DNA from: Verrucomicrobiia bacterium | Lineage (GTDB): Bacteria; Verrucomicrobiota; Verrucomicrobiia; Limisphaerales; UBA1319 | Reading direction: 5' to 3' | DNA length: 64,000 nt | Assembly: GCA_963664225.1 (NCBI GenBank) | Contig: OY760937.1 | Span: 2,720,001 to 2,784,000, forward strand | Shown here: positions 55,236 through 64,000 of the stretch, piece by piece | How positions within the stretch are numbered: position 1 is the first letter of the stretch | How the letters are laid out: each line of letters starts with the position of its first letter | Notes under the pieces: model-generated | Database searches by the model: none | The model's input: only the letters and a program-made list of their open reading frames with translations | What the model was told of the DNA's origin: nothing | Program-made: the position numbers and the translations under genes

Positions 55236-56036
55236 TTGATGCTTTCATTATCCTGGGGTAATCAAAAGGCCGTGACGCCCGATGAGATAAACCAGCGAGA
55301 ATCGCTGCTCGACCTGAACGAGCAGGTGTGGAAGTTTCTTAAAATGCTCAGCAAGTGTCCGCGAGGGCGGAGGTGGGAGGATCTCTCGTCGGTGCATCAG
55401 GAGGATCTACGGTTTTTTCACGAACGGATTGATTTCTTCTTGTGGAAAGTCTCGCTGCACGAAGGGGACCACCTCGAAATGATTGCCACGGCAGTGACGG
55501 AAACGCGCCTCGTGCTCTTTAGGCTGTTGCATAAAGCGCACGATGGATGGTTCTCAAGGCGATGGCGCGCCCGATGGACCCTTGAATCCTTGCCGCCGAA
55601 CGTATGGCTTTTCCGCCAGGTGCGGCAGAGATTAGCAGAACTCCGAATCGACTTAGGCCCGATCATGCTCCCGGTCCAGCATGATCGCCTTCACGCTGCG
55701 AAGGGGTTCGCTATTGTCCATGATCCCGTGCAGGTGCGGTTGGCGGCAGAGCATTGCTCTTTTCGCAGTCCCAAACGACGCGGGAGTCAGGCTATAGAAG
55801 GAAACCTGATCAAGACGGGCAATGTCTCTCCAGAGACCTGTTGTCGGCGGGCGTGTGATCTCTTGCTGATCGCGGCGCTTGGTTTCAGAATACGGGAGGC
55901 ATGCCTCCTATTGGGCCTGAAGAAAACCAAGTATATTGACATGACTCAGGAATGTGACGAAAACCGGAACCTCTTGATCTCCGGCCAAGCGGATGCAACG
56001 CGTGGCGCAGCCATTCCCGCAAATCGAGCGCCTTGA
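55236..56036 (+). CDS. Highly divergent sigma-70/ECF-like protein
   Basis: ETRLVLFR...WLFRQVRQRLAELR (region 2-like) and LLIAALGFRIREACLLLGL (region 4 HTH-like); start uncertain. Confidence 0.45.
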   Translation: MMLSLSWGNQKAVTPDEINQRESLLDLNEQVWKFLKMLSKCPRGRRWEDLSSVHQEDLRFFHERIDFFLWKVSLHEGDHLEMIATAVTETRLVLFRLLHKAHDGWFSRRWRARWTLESLPPNVWLFRQVRQRLAELRIDLGPIMLPVQHDRLHAAKGFAIVHDPVQVRLAAEHCSFRSPKRRGSQAIEGNLIKTGNVSPETCCRRACDLLLIAALGFRIREACLLLGLKKTKYIDMTQECDENRNLLISGQADATRGAAIPANRAP

Positions 56037-56039
56037 CCT

Positions 56040-56687
56040 ATGAAGGAACCATTTGAAGAATTGAGTGCCCGGCTGAATCGCGAATCTGCCGAGTCTGATG
56101 CGAAGTTGCTTCAGTTCATCCGCGAAGGGACCACAGAAGATCAGTTGCGTGAAGATTGGGACCAACTTCGCGGTGTCGGTTCACCACGGGTTAGCGCCCA
56201 GTCCGGGCAACTGTGTTGGTGGCGGGAGTTTCTGGCCGCCCTTTGGGCCGCGCACATCCCGCAGAAGCTCGCAACTGGAGTATCGATCGGGGCTGTGTTG
56301 CTGGTGGGATGGTTGATTCTGCGGCCCGGCGGTATTCCACTACGCAGTGACCGCACTTGGCAGGTTGCGGGCTTGCGGTTGCCCAACGAGATGCGCATTA
56401 AAGTTGGCGGAGGACTCCTGCTGTCGGGAGACAAATTGAGGTTAGAGGCGGTTCTGGGAGAAGGCAAACGCGGGGCGACTGATGATGTCCAAGCGTATCA
56501 GATTCACTTCGAGGCGCAGACTAGCAGCGGTGAAACGGTTCGCTTCAATGGCACTCTGTTGGTCACCAACACACCGGGCACAACCAGTATCCGAAGCAAG
56601 CGTGACATCCTGGGCGCCGTTCTCGCAGGCGAATGGCAGGTGGGCCTCCTGGTGACCAACATGGTCAGCCCTCCCTTCGTGCCGTAA
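56040..56687 (+). CDS. Single-pass membrane protein, anti-sigma-like topology
   Basis: Helical N-terminus, TM GVSIGAVLLVGWLIL, beta-rich C-domain; starts 3 bp after the sigma-like gene. Confidence 0.5.
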   Translation: MKEPFEELSARLNRESAESDAKLLQFIREGTTEDQLREDWDQLRGVGSPRVSAQSGQLCWWREFLAALWAAHIPQKLATGVSIGAVLLVGWLILRPGGIPLRSDRTWQVAGLRLPNEMRIKVGGGLLLSGDKLRLEAVLGEGKRGATDDVQAYQIHFEAQTSSGETVRFNGTLLVTNTPGTTSIRSKRDILGAVLAGEWQVGLLVTNMVSPPFVP

Positions 56688-56778
56688 CTCAGCCAAATTG
56701 ACACGGCGGGCTTCCAGAAATTCTCAAAGCTCGATTGAGATGCACAAATACCAAGTGTTTGGTGGCCCTGGCAGGCGT

Positions 56779-59700
56779 TCAAGGTCCATTTGAGTTTAGA
56801 ACAAACGGACCAGCCCATTGCACAGCTTGGACCGGTGTGTTTTTCTCACGCCAGTAAGTAAGTTTCGTGCGTTGCACCCTCGCCAATGCCCCGGGTGCGT
56901 CGCCAGATTTCAAGGCATCGGCGTAAAATGCCGCCATGAACTCCTGGGTCTCCTGGCTCCATACCGGCCACAAGGTTATGAGCATGTGGCGCGCTCCAGC
57001 CAGCGCGAATGCGCGGCGCAGACCGAACACTCCCTCCCCGGCTTGCACGGTCCCCACCCCGGTTTCGCAAGCGCTCAAAGCCACGAGCCAAGTGCCTTGA
57101 AAATCGAGCGCGGAAATTTCTTCGGCTGTCAGCAGGCCATCGTCTTCGGGAAGAGGCCGTTTGCGTTCTCGCATGGCGGCCAGGGTTTCATTAGCGCCCG
57201 CAAGAGCGAGCCAGGACCAGGCCATTGCGTTGACGTTGGCTTGGCGCCAACCCGAATTGGCAGACTGGATTGTGTCCAGCGAACCCGATGCGGTGGGCAG
57301 GAAAGTGGCATGTGTAGCCAGCGCCAGGAGATATGGGGGCGGCCTTGAGCGGAACGCAGCCTCGCGTGCGGCAGATCCCGCAAATAGTTTCACCGGTGAA
57401 CACCCGTTGGAAGTTGCGCACGCGGCCAGGTATTTACCTTCGATTAGGGCGGAATCCAACGGCCCGTAATTCTCCGGCAGGTGGCCAGCAACGCCGATCG
57501 AACCACTGCCACCCTTCCCATTGCTGCGCGAAAAATCAGGGACCCAAATGTCCACGGATCGCTGGGCGGATGTCTGAAAGGGTGGAGCCAGCAGATCCCG
57601 GGCGCTCGTGACATAGCGAAAAAAACGCTCTTCACCCAGAAAATGATCTCCCTGCCATAGCGCCGCGAATGGCACAAAATTCAATTCTCCATCGGGGGCG
57701 ATGATAATCCAACGCGGACGATCAGTCATCACCGCTGCAACCTTGTCCCAAACTCGCTCGCGCAGGGATCTTAAAGTTCCAAGGAGGTCCTCCCTGGCAG
57801 GTGGAATGTTCGCGCGCATTGCAACCGAAAGACTCGTCACGAGTTCAGCAATCCCATCCTTCCCCAGGACCGGCCCCAATTCCACCCATCGAAGTGAGTT
57901 GGTTTCGAAGACAAGTGCTCCGAAAACGGGCTCGGTTCGCCCGGGACCGAGCCAGCGGCGAAACCGCACATACTCGACGAGCGCGGTGTCAGGCGGCAAA
58001 CTGGCCTGGACTGCACCAATTTCTGCGGTGAAGGAATGGCGCAATTCGCGCATTGCGGAGAAACGTTCCGCCATCTTCGCTTCCAACCCTTCGATGGTCT
58101 GGTCGACACTTCGCAGTTCACCAACCGCCACTGAATGGCCGTTGGCGGTCAACTGCTCCATTCGGCAACGCTCCAGTCGAGCCTTCGACAACGTACGAAG
58201 CGTGGCGGCTTGGTCTGGATCGAGACTAGGTCTCGCCAATTGGCGTTCTTCAATCAGCGAGTCCAGGACCGCGCCTTTGAGTCGGAGCAAAGCCGTGCCC
58301 AGTGGAACGGGATCGCTGGGGGCAACTGCAGCAAGGAGGGTCAACAAATCGGGGAATGCATTCCGGGACAACCGATCGCGTTCGGATCCAAATCGAAGCA
58401 CCTCCCGCCAGAGGGATTCCTCGGACTGGAGCGAACGGGTTGCGAGTTGCAGAGCCTCATTTGTCCGGCCCCGATCCAGTTGAAGCAACCCGTAATCGCG
58501 GGCGGCCACGGTAGCATACCGCAGCCGATGGCGCTCGAAGGCCGCCAGAGCCCGCTGGTAAAGGACCTCCGCCTGATCCCACTCGCCCCGCATGTGCCGA
58601 ATGTTGGCCTGGCAAAAGACGGCCATTGAGGTGAGCGGATAATCCGGTCCAACAAGCTGCTCAAGGGTGGCGCAGGCGGTCTCGGATTCCTTCAGTGCCT
58701 GGACCAGATTCGTTTGCTTGAAATGGACGCAAGCGATGTTGATGTCGCTCTGAGCCACGAGAATATTCGTTTCGCCGAATGCGTTAGCTCGGATGCGGCG
58801 TGCCTCCTCATGATACCGCAATGCCTGAGCAAGGGATCCTTCCTCGAACGCCAACAGGCCCCGTTGTTCCCAAACTTCAGCGACGTCCGGGTGCCCCAGC
58901 CCACGATATTTCGCCAAGATATCCAGTGACTGCTGCAGGCTTGCGTCGGCCTGGTCCGGCCTCCCCAACTCACGTTCGAACCTCGCCCATTCCTGCAAGC
59001 TCAATGCCAGCTCCAGGCGCCGGTTTGGATCCCGTTGTGCATTCCGTTGTCGGGAGGCCAGCGCTTGTTGGAGTAAGTCATGTGCACGGGCTAGATCGCC
59101 TTGGGCGAGTGCCAGCGAGCCCAATCGTTCCTGGCTCGCACAGACGAGCGGATCATCTTCGCCACCTTGCGCAAGGCCCTGGCGTAGAACTGAATCAAAG
59201 CTCCCACGTGCGTCAACGAGGTTCCCAAGATTCTGTTGGCAACTGCCAAGGTCAATCAACAGACTGAGATAAAGCGGACTATTCGTCCTGGCCGACACAC
59301 GAAGTGCGGCCACACACTCCTGGAGAATCGACTCAGCTGCAGCAGCGTCCCCTTTCTTGGAGAAGGTTTGTGCGAGGTTCCGGCGCACCGCCACCAAATC
59401 GAGGTCAGCAGCGCCACGCACCCGGCTCAGGCCTCCAATGCTATGCTGGTAAATCGCGATGGCATTTGACCAACGACCCTCATCCCTACAGACAGAGGCG
59501 AGGTTGTTATCGATCAGCAAACGCAACGGCAAAGAAGCAGGCAGATTAGTGACCAGCGCCAGTGCCGCCATATGCTCGGACTTCGCCCTAACCATGTAAC
59601 CTTGGCTGCGATGCAACTCGCCCAAAGCCGTCAATGGGGTGGCAGCCAGAGCCGGATTAATCCCGGACGCCTGCCTCAACAAGCTCAGAGAGGCTTCGAA

Positions 59701-60279
59701 AAGTGCTTCGGCGCCAGGGTAGTCCTGCAAATTCTGCAGGACCAGCCCATGATTGTTCAACACAGTGGCGAGCAATTCTGGGTTACGCTTGTCTTGTTCA
59801 AGAATACGCTCGGCCCGCTCGAAAAAGGGCAGGCTGTTCGTTCGATCCCCTTCGCGTCGGTACGTTTCACCAATCTGATTGAGGGTATCAGCAACCCGTG
59901 AGTCATTCTCGGTCAGAGCTTGAATCCTACTCTTAAGACAATCATTAAGAACTTGCCGGGCCTCGGCATACCGGCCCAAGGAACCAAGCAGTTTCACCAC
60001 AGTCGTTCGAGCTACATCCGTGTTCGGGTCGGACGGTCCCAGCGCTGTGACGAGGATCTCTACAATGGCGCGGCGGAGATCCAAGGCTTGGGTGTATTCT
60101 TCTTTAGCTTCCAACTCCGCCGCCTGCCTGCTCATGGACATGGCGCGGTCGATGTCTTGGCTGGTGGAAACGGATTGCTCCTGTCCGCAGAGCGGGAGGG
60201 CAAGCACATAAAGCGTTACGGCCAGGATGAACAGCGTCCGGCTGAGCACAATTCCAGTCGACAAGGATTGGGGTAACAT
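56779..60279 (-). CDS. Exported TPR-CHAT (caspase-like) protease
   Basis: Signal/TM N-terminus, many TPRs (LNQIGETY, LNNHGLVL, NNLASVC), IIAPDGELNFVPFAAL, LATHA (His), LSACETG (Cys), GEGVFGLRRAF, WAGPFVL. Confidence 0.9.
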   Translation of the reverse strand: MLPQSLSTGIVLSRTLFILAVTLYVLALPLCGQEQSVSTSQDIDRAMSMSRQAAELEAKEEYTQALDLRRAIVEILVTALGPSDPNTDVARTTVVKLLGSLGRYAEARQVLNDCLKSRIQALTENDSRVADTLNQIGETYRREGDRTNSLPFFERAERILEQDKRNPELLATVLNNHGLVLQNLQDYPGAEALFEASLSLLRQASGINPALAATPLTALGELHRSQGYMVRAKSEHMAALALVTNLPASLPLRLLIDNNLASVCRDEGRWSNAIAIYQHSIGGLSRVRGAADLDLVAVRRNLAQTFSKKGDAAAAESILQECVAALRVSARTNSPLYLSLLIDLGSCQQNLGNLVDARGSFDSVLRQGLAQGGEDDPLVCASQERLGSLALAQGDLARAHDLLQQALASRQRNAQRDPNRRLELALSLQEWARFERELGRPDQADASLQQSLDILAKYRGLGHPDVAEVWEQRGLLAFEEGSLAQALRYHEEARRIRANAFGETNILVAQSDINIACVHFKQTNLVQALKESETACATLEQLVGPDYPLTSMAVFCQANIRHMRGEWDQAEVLYQRALAAFERHRLRYATVAARDYGLLQLDRGRTNEALQLATRSLQSEESLWREVLRFGSERDRLSRNAFPDLLTLLAAVAPSDPVPLGTALLRLKGAVLDSLIEERQLARPSLDPDQAATLRTLSKARLERCRMEQLTANGHSVAVGELRSVDQTIEGLEAKMAERFSAMRELRHSFTAEIGAVQASLPPDTALVEYVRFRRWLGPGRTEPVFGALVFETNSLRWVELGPVLGKDGIAELVTSLSVAMRANIPPAREDLLGTLRSLRERVWDKVAAVMTDRPRWIIIAPDGELNFVPFAALWQGDHFLGEERFFRYVTSARDLLAPPFQTSAQRSVDIWVPDFSRSNGKGGSGSIGVAGHLPENYGPLDSALIEGKYLAACATSNGCSPVKLFAGSAAREAAFRSRPPPYLLALATHATFLPTASGSLDTIQSANSGWRQANVNAMAWSWLALAGANETLAAMRERKRPLPEDDGLLTAEEISALDFQGTWLVALSACETGVGTVQAGEGVFGLRRAFALAGARHMLITLWPVWSQETQEFMAAFYADALKSGDAPGALARVQRTKLTYWREKNTPVQAVQWAGPFVLNSNGP

Positions 60280-60427
60280 GACCAATCCATTGTGGGAAAA
60301 GCTACACCAGCGTCAATGGAATATCGACTTGGAATCTCTTGACGTCTGGCACACAGGACGGCGCAGCCAGTCCCAACTTTTTCGACATGGCGGTGCAACC
60401 GAAGGGGTCTCGTTGACGGATAACATG

Positions 60428-60447
60428 ACGGGAACACGCGTTCCCGT
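60428..60447. promoter_or_regulatory. Inverted repeat covering the translation-initiation region of the AAA-T4CP operon
   Basis: ACGGGAAC-ACGC-GTTCCCGT, 3 bp before ATG 60451. Confidence 0.4.
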
Positions 60448-60450
60448 TAT

Positions 60451-61374
60451 ATGGAACAACGATCCTTGGAACTGGGTGGCGGGCTGTTTCGCCCGGACCT
60501 TCGCCGACTGCACGAGAACCTCACCGCCCGGATTCGCGGGCAACCGCAGGTTTTGTCACGCCTGGTCGAGGCGCTGCACAGGCGTGAGCTCGACGCCGTG
60601 CCACAGAGGGGCTCCCGCGATGCGTTCTTCTTCGCCGGTCCGACCGGCGTCGGCAAGACGGAAACGGTGCTCAACGTGGCCGAACTCCTGTTCGGGACGG
60701 GCCGGTTCCAGCGCTTCGACTCTTCGGAATTCGAAACGCCGGAAGCGACCGCGTTTCTGCTGGGGAACCGCACAGGCGACTCTGGACGCTTTGGCCAAGT
60801 CTACGCCAAATGCCCTGCAGGGATCTGGCTATTCGATGAATTCGAGAAGGGCCATTCGAAATTCGTCGATCTGTTCCTCCAGATGACGGAGGTCGGTCGG
60901 ATCACGTTGGCCAACGGCGAGACATTGGATTTGAGCCGCATCTACCTGTTCGCTACCAGTAATCTTGGCTCAACGGAAATCCTGGGCCGTGTTCATCTGC
61001 CTTTCGCCAGCCTGGAGCGCCATGTGACCCGCTGCGTTAGACGGCACCTGCGGCCGGAACTGCTCGCGCGGTTTGGCCCGCCGTTTGTGTTCCGACCGCT
61101 CAGCCGGGCCATCCAAGAGGAGATTGTGGAACAGAAGCTCGAGGACTTCCTCGCCTGGCAACGGTGCAAGGGACGGCGAGTGACCTGCGATGCCGGCGTG
61201 CTCCGCCTGCTGCAACGCCGCGGCTTCTCGCCCAAGGAAGGCGCCCGCCCCTTGATCCGGTTGATCGAAGAACTCTGTGGCAATCCGATCTGCCAGGAAC
61301 GGTTGGCGGGAAAGAACGGCGATGGACGGCTGGAAGTCGAACCCGGAGGCAATAGCCTTCGCTTTGCAAAATGA
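60451..61374 (+). CDS. Stand-alone ClpA/B D2-like AAA+ ATPase
   Basis: IRGQPQV, FAGPTGVGKTE, FDSSEF, LFDEFEKGH, TSNLGS, LRPELLARF, GARPL. Confidence 0.85.
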   Translation: MEQRSLELGGGLFRPDLRRLHENLTARIRGQPQVLSRLVEALHRRELDAVPQRGSRDAFFFAGPTGVGKTETVLNVAELLFGTGRFQRFDSSEFETPEATAFLLGNRTGDSGRFGQVYAKCPAGIWLFDEFEKGHSKFVDLFLQMTEVGRITLANGETLDLSRIYLFATSNLGSTEILGRVHLPFASLERHVTRCVRRHLRPELLARFGPPFVFRPLSRAIQEEIVEQKLEDFLAWQRCKGRRVTCDAGVLRLLQRRGFSPKEGARPLIRLIEELCGNPICQERLAGKNGDGRLEVEPGGNSLRFAK

Positions 61375-62831
61375 GTGGCTCCGCGTTCAGTTGGGTGGAC
61401 CGTATGCTCCAGGACTATTTCAACCCTATGGAAATTGCCGCGGGCTTGGTTGGACTGCTGATGGTCGCAGCGATCTTCGCCTGGCTGAGCCGGTTCCAGC
61501 ACAACCGACCCTCCGTGGTGGCCCGGCTCAAAGGGTTTACCTGGAACCGTCAGGTCTTCTGCCAGCACTTTCTGATCACGGGCGCCACCGGTTCCGGCAA
61601 GACTTTGAGCGGTATTTCTTGCCTGCTCTTCCAGGTCTTCAAACACCAACAATCATTCGGTGGACTCTGTGTGGATGTCAAAGGCGTCCTGCACGAAATT
61701 GTAACCGAGATGGCGACGCACTTCGGACGTCCGAACGATGTCCTGCTACTCGAAGTGCGACCGATGCCGGGACGGTCGGACTGGAAGCCCAAACACCGCT
61801 TCAACCTGGTTGGCGACCGCCGCATTCCCTACGCGACTTACGCCCGTTGCGTTGTGGACACAGCCGTGGCGTTGGGCAATCGCCAGGAACAGAGTTTCTT
61901 CCGGCGTGCGGCGCAGATCCACATCGCCAAGGCGCTCGAAGCGCTGGATGCCCTCGGTTATGGCGTCACGCTGGAGAATGCCCACGACCTTCTCGTCAAC
62001 CCCTTGGACACCGCAGACGCCCTCCGGCATCTGGAGTCAATCGAATCCGCCCGCGCCCTGGCGGAACATTTCCGCAACTATCTGGCCCAGCCACCGGAGC
62101 AACTGGCCGGTATCACGGGAACGGTGAAAAACTACCTGCACTACTTCACGGAGCCCGCCATCGCCGAGGTGTTCTGCCAGGATAGTACCTTCGCGTTGCA
62201 GGAGGTGGATCAGGGCAAAATCATCTGCCTGGCCGTGCCCCAGCGCTACCAGACCGAACGCCGCTTTGTCGGCACTTTTCTCAAGCTCTTATTCTACACT
62301 CACGCACTGACGCGCTTTGACGCGCCGAAGGCCGAACGGGCGCAGCACAACCTGTTGTTGCTGCTGGCCGATGAATGTCAGCACTTTGTCACCACCAGCG
62401 AAGACGGGCTAAGCGACCACGCCGTGGTGGACGTGATCCGGGAGGCGGGGGTGGCCGTTATCGCCGCGACGCAAAGCACCACGTCGCTCATCCCGGCGCT
62501 CGGCGCGGATCAGGCCAAGGTCTTCACCTTGAATTTGCGTAACCGGCTCATTTTCGCCGCTGCCGACGAGGACGACGCCAAGGCGAGCGCGGAGTTCCTT
62601 GGCAAGATAATCAAGCGCGAGAAGTCCGTGACGCGTAGCGAAGGCCGACATTCCGAAACCATCCATGAAAGCGAATCCTACCGCATCAAGCCGCATGAAC
62701 TGCGCAAACTGCGCAAACACCAATGCATCGTCGTCCACTGTGAGCGCGGCTTCCGTAAGGCCGTTCTGCCGCCGCTGGAGCCCGACGGCACCGTGGCGCG
62801 CTGGTATCGGCGCCGGTGGTTTTACTTCTGA
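61371..62831 (+). CDS. Type IV coupling protein (VirD4/TraD-like)
   Basis: N-terminal TM, HFLITGATGSGKT, VDVKG, LLADECQHF, REAGVAVIAATQS. Confidence 0.85.
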   Translation: MSGSAFSWVDRMLQDYFNPMEIAAGLVGLLMVAAIFAWLSRFQHNRPSVVARLKGFTWNRQVFCQHFLITGATGSGKTLSGISCLLFQVFKHQQSFGGLCVDVKGVLHEIVTEMATHFGRPNDVLLLEVRPMPGRSDWKPKHRFNLVGDRRIPYATYARCVVDTAVALGNRQEQSFFRRAAQIHIAKALEALDALGYGVTLENAHDLLVNPLDTADALRHLESIESARALAEHFRNYLAQPPEQLAGITGTVKNYLHYFTEPAIAEVFCQDSTFALQEVDQGKIICLAVPQRYQTERRFVGTFLKLLFYTHALTRFDAPKAERAQHNLLLLLADECQHFVTTSEDGLSDHAVVDVIREAGVAVIAATQSTTSLIPALGADQAKVFTLNLRNRLIFAAADEDDAKASAEFLGKIIKREKSVTRSEGRHSETIHESESYRIKPHELRKLRKHQCIVVHCERGFRKAVLPPLEPDGTVARWYRRRWFYF

Positions 62832-62845
62832 CGCCGCGCGCGGCG

Positions 62846-62905
62846 CCCTATCGGCGGACCCTCACGAAGTGAGGGGTCGACGATAGGGGTTGGTGTCTCA
62901 GCTCA
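62846..62905 (+). other. Candidate oriT (hairpin plus nic-like sequence)
   Basis: CCCTATCG..GACCCTCAC-GAA-GTGAGGGGTC..CGATAGGG hairpin followed by GTTGGTGTCT|CAGC, directly upstream of the MOBF relaxase. Confidence 0.6.
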
Positions 62906-62937
62906 GAGCACTCACAACTCACAACATAATCACGCAT

Positions 62938-64000
62938 ATGATCACGGCCCGACCACAGAAGAATCTACAGACCGCGAAGGAGTATTTCAGAAAGCACCTC
63001 TCTCAGGGTGATTACTATTCGGAAGGTCAGAGCGTCGCCGGCCGGTGGTTTGGGCATGGCATCGGGAGGCTTGGGTTGGACTCGTCATCGCCGGTCACCG
63101 AGACCGCGTTCATTAGGTTGTGCGACAACGAACACCCCGCGACGGGCGAGCGGCTCACCGTCCGCCACCGCCAGCAGGACCGCCGCGTCTTTTATGATTT
63201 TGCCGTCTCCGCGCCAAAAAGCGTGTCTGTTCTGGCGCTGACGGTGGGCGACCCCCGGCTTATCAACGCCCACGAGGAAGCCGCGCGCGCGGCGTTTTCG
63301 CGGGTGGAGCGGGTCGCGGCGACGCGAGTCGGGAAAGGGGGGTCGCACGCCGACCGTCACACGGGCGAGATCGTTGCGGCGGAGTTTCGACACGACACCT
63401 CGCGCGCGTTGGACCCTCAGTTGCACAGCCACTTCGTCGTGTTCAACGGCACATGGGACCCTGTGGAGAGCCGGTGGAAGGCGCTCCAGACCTCAAAGAT
63501 GTTCGACCAGATGGCGTTCTTTACCGAGGTTTATCGAAGCGAACTCGCCCTCCGGGCGCGGGCGCTGGGTTACGGCATCCGCAATACGGCGAACGGATTC
63601 GAAATCGACGGCGTGCCACAGGACATCCTTGACCGGTTCAGCAAGCGGCGGCGGGACATCCTTGCCGCCGAACCGCAGGCCGTCGCGGAACTCAACGCAC
63701 GCCGACAGCGAGAACTGGACGAAGCGGTCCAGGAGAGCCAGACCCCGGAAGCGCGCGCCGCGGCGGAGCAGGCCCGGCGCAATTTCCTGCCCCTGACCGC
63801 GCTAACCAATACCGGGCGCTCGCATCTGGCTCACGCCACCCGCCCACGGAAGTCTGATCACTTGAAGGCCGAGGAAGTGCTCGCCTATCAGCGGGGGCAA
63901 CTGACCCCTGAGGAACTCGCGGCCCTCCGCCGGCTTGTGTCACCCGGAGAGGCAACGCGTCATGGATCGCTGATCCCGGGGTTTAGTTTAGCTCCGGCTA
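62938..64000 (+). CDS. MOBF (TrwC/TraI-like) relaxase, truncated by the window edge
   Basis: Own translation from ATG 62938: MITARPQKN...GDYYSEG...WFG...YDFAVSAPKSVS...HDTSRALDPQLHSH...FSKRR; absent from the ORF track because no stop lies in the window. Confidence 0.92.
   Translation, partial: MITARPQKNLQTAKEYFRKHLSQGDYYSEGQSVAGRWFGHGIGRLGLDSSSPVTETAFIRLCDNEHPATGERLTVRHRQQDRRVFYDFAVSAPKSVSVLALTVGDPRLINAHEEAARAAFSRVERVAATRVGKGGSHADRHTGEIVAAEFRHDTSRALDPQLHSHFVVFNGTWDPVESRWKALQTSKMFDQMAFFTEVYRSELALRARALGYGIRNTANGFEIDGVPQDILDRFSKRRRDILAAEPQAVAELNARRQRELDEAVQESQTPEARAAAEQARRNFLPLTALTNTGRSHLAHATRPRKSDHLKAEEVLAYQRGQLTPEELAALRRLVSPGEATRHGSLIPGFSLAPA

Noticed and set aside
63008..63955. Short ORFs listed at the right end of the window
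   Set aside because: Out-of-frame or antisense to the MOBF relaxase, which is open from 62938 to the edge.

Overview
GC-rich bacterial chromosome, probably Verrucomicrobiota/PVC (inferred from a PEP-CTERM protein, REP-like palindromes and gene style). Bases 1-10.6 kb are core genome: M16 zinc protease, PEP-CTERM protein, GH127 glycosidase, HhH-GPD glycosylase, peroxiredoxin, CvpA-like protein and tRNA-Cys(GCA). From the tRNA 3' end to beyond the right edge lies an integrative conjugative element (ICE) with five parts. (1) A tyrosine integrase and a DarB-like methylase-helicase that contains a nested TnpV-like gene. (2) A ~24 kb, 16-gene, tightly coupled minus-strand defence operon. In it a SNF2-DUF3883 / DUF1156 methylase / DUF499 ATPase restriction-like scaffold is interleaved with a complete type II CBASS, a SPARTA (TIR-APAZ + short pAgo), an AbiE pair, two separate nuclease + RES-domain pairs and a small Zn-clasp protein; a divergent LysR heads the operon. 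(3) A divergent VirB-like T4SS operon with a split virB4 and a frameshifted ECF sigma at its head. (4) A sigma-like / anti-sigma-like / exported TPR-CHAT protease trio. (5) A stand-alone ClpB-D2-like AAA+ ATPase, the coupling protein, a candidate oriT and a MOBF relaxase. No CRISPR array was seen. All family calls come from motifs read by eye, not database searches.
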